Virus record (IMG/VR): IMGVR_UViG_3300032225_000329
Coordinates: 342-64,341 of that record
Source: a virus
Taxonomy: Duplodnaviria; Caudoviricetes
DNA: 64,000 nt
Reading direction: 5' to 3' (one strand)
Shown here: one piece after another, positions 60,463 to 64,000 of the stretch
Position numbering within the stretch: the stretch's first letter is position 1
How the letters are laid out: each line of letters opens with the position of its first letter
Notes under the pieces: model-generated
What the model was told of the DNA's origin: nothing
The model's database searches: none
Seen by the model: the letters and a program-made list of their open reading frames with translations, nothing else
Translations under genes and position numbers: made by a program

Positions 60463-61406
60463 TATCTGTTCTCCAATTTGAGGACTTCACGAGCATACTG
60501 CTCCGGGGTGAGTTTAAATTTCTTTGCCAACGCTGCTTGTGTCGCGGTCAATTTAATACTCTTAGGAGCCGTGCTACGCTTGGCTGATGCCACTACTACA
60601 CTCGGCTTTTTTTGAGTTCTTTGTGACTCAACGGGCACTTCTATTTCTTCATTAAAGACTTCTGGAAACCGCTTGCGGATTGTTTTGTCAATCGTCGCAT
60701 AATAATCATCAGTACCAATATATTCGGAGCCGTACTGTCGATACAGTTTCTGGTGTAAGCCTTTTGCCGCTTCGGTCATCTCCTCGTCTTTGTTGAACCA
60801 ATTCGAGTTCCGACGCTGCCAATCTGTAAACTTAGGATCAGGTGCCGTGTTGTCAGCTTGTGATCTTTGCGGCAGTTTTACATCATTTTCTGACGTTTGT
60901 AAAGTGGGTTTAAAGTTTTTTGCACGATCCAACTTTAAAGTAGCCGCCGTTAAGCTCTTTTGAGCTTGGACTAGCCTCTCAGAATCTCCAGTATCGTATG
61001 CCTCACGGTAGTCTTTCTCAGCCATACTAAGTTCAGTTTCGGCTGCTTCTTGTACAGTTGACATATAGGCTTGTTCCCCAGACATCAGGGTAGACTTAAG
61101 CCGCTGGTTATCCTCAAGGATAGACTGAGCTATCCGTAAAGCTTCATCTTGCTCACGCAGGGCTTTCTCTTTCTCCCGACGCTCATCGTGCCATGCCTTC
61201 TTATACTGCTTAAACTTAGTAACTACCTCGTCGGAATACTCACCGCCTTCTTCTGGTGTTTCCAAAGAGTTAATAATATCTACGGGTAATGGGTCTTTGC
61301 CACGATCCGCTGTGGGCGTATCGTCTTCAATTTCGACCTGTATATCGTCTTCAGACGAATCTACTTCATCTGGAAACTTGTATTCATCTTTCTGAAAATT
61401 AGCCAT
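60462..61406 (-). CDS. Putative scaffolding protein
   Basis: Acidic N-terminus, long coiled coil, C-terminal LTATQAALAKKFKLTPEQYARE. Confidence 0.7.
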   Translation of the reverse strand: MANFQKDEYKFPDEVDSSEDDIQVEIEDDTPTADRGKDPLPVDIINSLETPEEGGEYSDEVVTKFKQYKKAWHDERREKEKALREQDEALRIAQSILEDNQRLKSTLMSGEQAYMSTVQEAAETELSMAEKDYREAYDTGDSERLVQAQKSLTAATLKLDRAKNFKPTLQTSENDVKLPQRSQADNTAPDPKFTDWQRRNSNWFNKDEEMTEAAKGLHQKLYRQYGSEYIGTDDYYATIDKTIRKRFPEVFNEEIEVPVESQRTQKKPSVVVASAKRSTAPKSIKLTATQAALAKKFKLTPEQYAREVLKLENR

Positions 61407-61414
61407 GTGGCCTC

Positions 61415-61804
61415 CTATGCTCGTGAAATACCGCGTGGGTCTTGAACAACCGCTTCGACAGAATCATCATTAATAAGACGGAATTCCCGCCCATGAATCT
61501 TCAAACGAGTGCCGCTGTTCGGGCGCGCGAGGACAAAATCCCCTTCTTTGCACCACGGACCGGTTTTAAACCTATCGCCTTTATAAGCGTCAGGGCCTAT
61601 TTTCACGACAAAAAAGACCGTGCTAAGAACTTCTTCGTAATGCATTGTTGAGCCAGCTTTCGCTAAGCCGCTGTCGTATGTGTCGTCAATTTCAGGTATG
61701 GCTACTAATATGTGGTAGCCCGAAGGTTCTGGCAGTTGTTTTGCCTTATCTTCTGCGTCCTGCGGAACTTCACCGCTTTCTGTAGCGATTACTATGTCAG
61801 TCAT
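61415..61804 (-). CDS. groES: GroES-like co-chaperonin
   Basis: PSGYHILVA, SGL, VVKIGP, CKEGDFVL, EFRLINDDSVEAVV. Confidence 0.82.
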   Translation of the reverse strand: MTDIVIATESGEVPQDAEDKAKQLPEPSGYHILVAIPEIDDTYDSGLAKAGSTMHYEEVLSTVFFVVKIGPDAYKGDRFKTGPWCKEGDFVLARPNSGTRLKIHGREFRLINDDSVEAVVQDPRGISRA

Positions 61805-61994
61805 CGTCGTCTTGCTCCAATTTTTTAGCGAGGTGTTTAAGGTACATCTCTACAACAGCAAGACCTCGAAGCTCGCCGCATAGTCTTTGATACTCTGCAT
61901 AATCTTTAGCAACCCCATCGCCAAGCGCTTGTTGTATTGGCTCGCGTCTTTCGTTTATAAACGTAAGAGTTACATCAATGATTTTTGTGTTCAT
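61797..61994 (-). CDS. Small helical protein after the portal
   Basis: LGDGVAKDYAEYQRLCGELRGL. Confidence 0.75.
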   Translation of the reverse strand: MNTKIIDVTLTFINERREPIQQALGDGVAKDYAEYQRLCGELRGLAVVEMYLKHLAKKLEQDDDD

Positions 61995-64000
61995 TGTTTA
62001 TCCTTGCTAGGTTTCTCTTGCGGTTGGGCTTTTTCTTTCTGCCTAGACTGCATAGAGTTTTGATATGAGTTATGAAAATGCTGTTGGTGACTCTGTTTAT
62101 TCTGCTGTTCGTGTGCAGCTTTTAACTTCACCAAATCCATGCCTTGACGGAAGCCTTCCATCTTTTCATCTTTAGCGTCTCTACGTGAATCCGCTACGTG
62201 TTTCATAGCCATATTTGCCCCTGCAATTTCTTTCTGGGCGTCAATACGTGCCATTTCAACCTGCATCTGTTTATCTTTAGCTGCTGCGTCTGCTTGATCT
62301 TTAGCGATCTTGCGTTGTACTTCAGCCTGTTTAATCTGCAACTCTTGCATTTGCATCTGAATAATTGGGTCTTGCATCTGCTGTTGAGCCTGTTGTTGTT
62401 GGGCTTCCATTTGATGCTGTTGCAATAATTGTTGTGATGCTTGTGCTGCTCGTTGAGCAATTTGTGTTTCCATATCTTCCGGTATGGTTTGCTCATCTTC
62501 GTAATCAGGAATTTGTATCCCGATCTGTGCTTCAATTTGTTTTTTGTACTCGTAGCCCAAGTGTTCGTTTATATGAGCCATCATTGCTGCTTGCATCTGT
62601 GGTGCATTGGGGTTTTGTTGTAGTAGCCCCATAACTTTCGGGTCTTGCATAGCCATCTGATGTACTTGTATATGCGCCTGATGATCTTGGTACATAAACG
62701 CTTTAACAGGCTTGCCCTTTAGGATGTCCATGTTTTCTGTAACAGGGTCGCGTGGGCGCTGATCGTCTTGCATCGGTACCAATTTCGCTGCGTTCTTAAT
62801 GCCTAACACGTCAAGCATCTGACGATGTAATAGTGGTAGGTCATACAACTGAGGAGCGCCAGCGGCTAGTTGCAATACAGCTTGATACTGCACAACCTTT
62901 TGCGCCATTGTTGAAGCGTTTGGATCAGATACTGGCAGTACATCTACTTGGTCGTAGTCAGACTGTTTAACTGCTGGGTCGCCATCTTCTGGTACGTAGC
63001 TATAGTCTGCTGGCATGAAATCACGAATAATGTCTTTTAACAGACGGAATTCTTCATGCATTGAGTAGTGAATACGCGCTTGAATCGCACTCATCACCTT
63101 CAAAGTCCGCTCTAAAATAGCCAGAGTAGTCCCAACTGGGGACTCGGACGACATATCAGATACTTTTAAGTTAGCTGAGTTTGCAAAATTACGGCCTTCT
63201 TCGATGATCTGATTCATCAACGCCGCTAGGACTTGTGAAGGTTCCTTATAGGGGAGGGGCAGGATGTTATCCCTAATGCTTCCACTCGGGACATCGACAT
63301 CTCTAAATTCGCCCGGACTGATTGGGGTGTCATCTCCTTTAACTCGCAAGCCTCTAGATTTAAGCCCGCCCGGAAGGTTCGAGAGGGTTCCTGCATCAAC
63401 CAATTGACGCAGAATGGATGTGCCTGACTTTGCAAAAGCTCCGATAAGATGAATGAGGCCGAAGTAGTAGAACCCGAAGCCCGGAATGTAGCCATAGTGT
63501 ACGAAGTGATTGCGTTTAAGTTTTAGCTTGTCGTCTGGACGCCAATTACGGCGGATCGATAAAATTGTTTGCGTGTTCTTCTCAATTGTAATGATGTACG
63601 GAAGCGCAATGCCTGTCTCATCTCCATCCTCATCAACGTCTTCGTAACCGGGTAGGTCGATATCAACATGCATCTCAAGAATACGAAATCGGTCATCGGA
63701 CGTCGCCCTAAAGCCAAGTTTCTCCGCAATCTTTTTCTCAATCTCTTCGATAGTATTAACCGGATCGCCGAGGTCAACATCTCTGTAAAAGCCAGCAACT
63801 TGTAATTTCCGTAGTTCATTCTCTGTCTTCCTCATAACGTGTGTTACACGTTCTGCTGTCTTTAAACTAGACGCGCCATAAGGTACTACTACATCTTCTG
63901 CTGGAACAAATATAGACGTTTGCCGACCCATCGATGGGTCGTAGTACACCTTTTTAAACGCATTACCTGACAGACCCAAGCCCCACAACATGCGCTCATG
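61991..64000 (-). CDS. Portal protein (5' part outside this end of the window)
   Basis: Frame open to 64000 (HERMLWGLGLSGNAFKKVYYDP), QLVDAGTLSNLPGG, LPLPYKEPSQ, VGTTLAILE, Q-rich coiled-coil tail. Confidence 0.88.
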   Translation of the reverse strand, partial: HERMLWGLGLSGNAFKKVYYDPSMGRQTSIFVPAEDVVVPYGASSLKTAERVTHVMRKTENELRKLQVAGFYRDVDLGDPVNTIEEIEKKIAEKLGFRATSDDRFRILEMHVDIDLPGYEDVDEDGDETGIALPYIITIEKNTQTILSIRRNWRPDDKLKLKRNHFVHYGYIPGFGFYYFGLIHLIGAFAKSGTSILRQLVDAGTLSNLPGGLKSRGLRVKGDDTPISPGEFRDVDVPSGSIRDNILPLPYKEPSQVLAALMNQIIEEGRNFANSANLKVSDMSSESPVGTTLAILERTLKVMSAIQARIHYSMHEEFRLLKDIIRDFMPADYSYVPEDGDPAVKQSDYDQVDVLPVSDPNASTMAQKVVQYQAVLQLAAGAPQLYDLPLLHRQMLDVLGIKNAAKLVPMQDDQRPRDPVTENMDILKGKPVKAFMYQDHQAHIQVHQMAMQDPKVMGLLQQNPNAPQMQAAMMAHINEHLGYEYKKQIEAQIGIQIPDYEDEQTIPEDMETQIAQRAAQASQQLLQQHQMEAQQQQAQQQMQDPIIQMQMQELQIKQAEVQRKIAKDQADAAAKDKQMQVEMARIDAQKEIAGANMAMKHVADSRRDAKDEKMEGFRQGMDLVKLKAAHEQQNKQSHQQHFHNSYQNSMQSRQKEKAQPQEKPSKDKQ

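Noticed and set aside
1-64000. tRNA/rRNA genes, integrase, transposase, introns or inteins
   Set aside because: No cloverleaf with T-loop/D-loop consensus in the intergenic gaps, no recombinase or transposase motifs, and polA, terL, helicase and MCP are uninterrupted and of normal size. By-eye screening could miss divergent cases.

Overview
The window is almost certainly a nearly complete, circularly permuted genome of a tailed dsDNA phage with podovirus-type architecture. The portal gene is split across the two ends of the window (N-terminus at 1-316, remainder at 61991-64000, both minus strand). The plus-strand arm (about 4.0-26.4 kb) carries an early region of small genes with repeated promoters, operators and leaders and a candidate origin. 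It continues with a DUF3150-like/AAA+/metallopeptidase-vWA module, VRR-NUC, family A DNA polymerase (Leu762 type), Cas4-like nuclease, SNF2-like helicase, a putative SSB, an HTH protein and a primase-helicase. The minus-strand arm carries terminase, portal, GroES, scaffold, major capsid, adaptor/nozzle, Gly-rich fibres, lysis genes and three large ejection-type proteins. I saw no integrase, tRNA, CRISPR array or reverse transcriptase. The most striking unexplained signals are: (1) a twice-repeated module of a GNAT-fold gene translationally coupled to an ejection protein, both ejection proteins sharing an 18-aa leader (M-x-I-x-NKFNGY-x5-RLY); (2) a set of unrelated proteins sharing x-x-G-G motifs and a C-terminal RADG..RGKT tag; (3) a double-pseudoknot-like leader RNA abutting a ribosome-binding site at 57241-57317; (4) a repeated terminator/conserved-box/palindrome cassette in the early region; (5) a 47% acidic, repeat-containing small protein. 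All family assignments come from motif recognition by eye; no database search was run.
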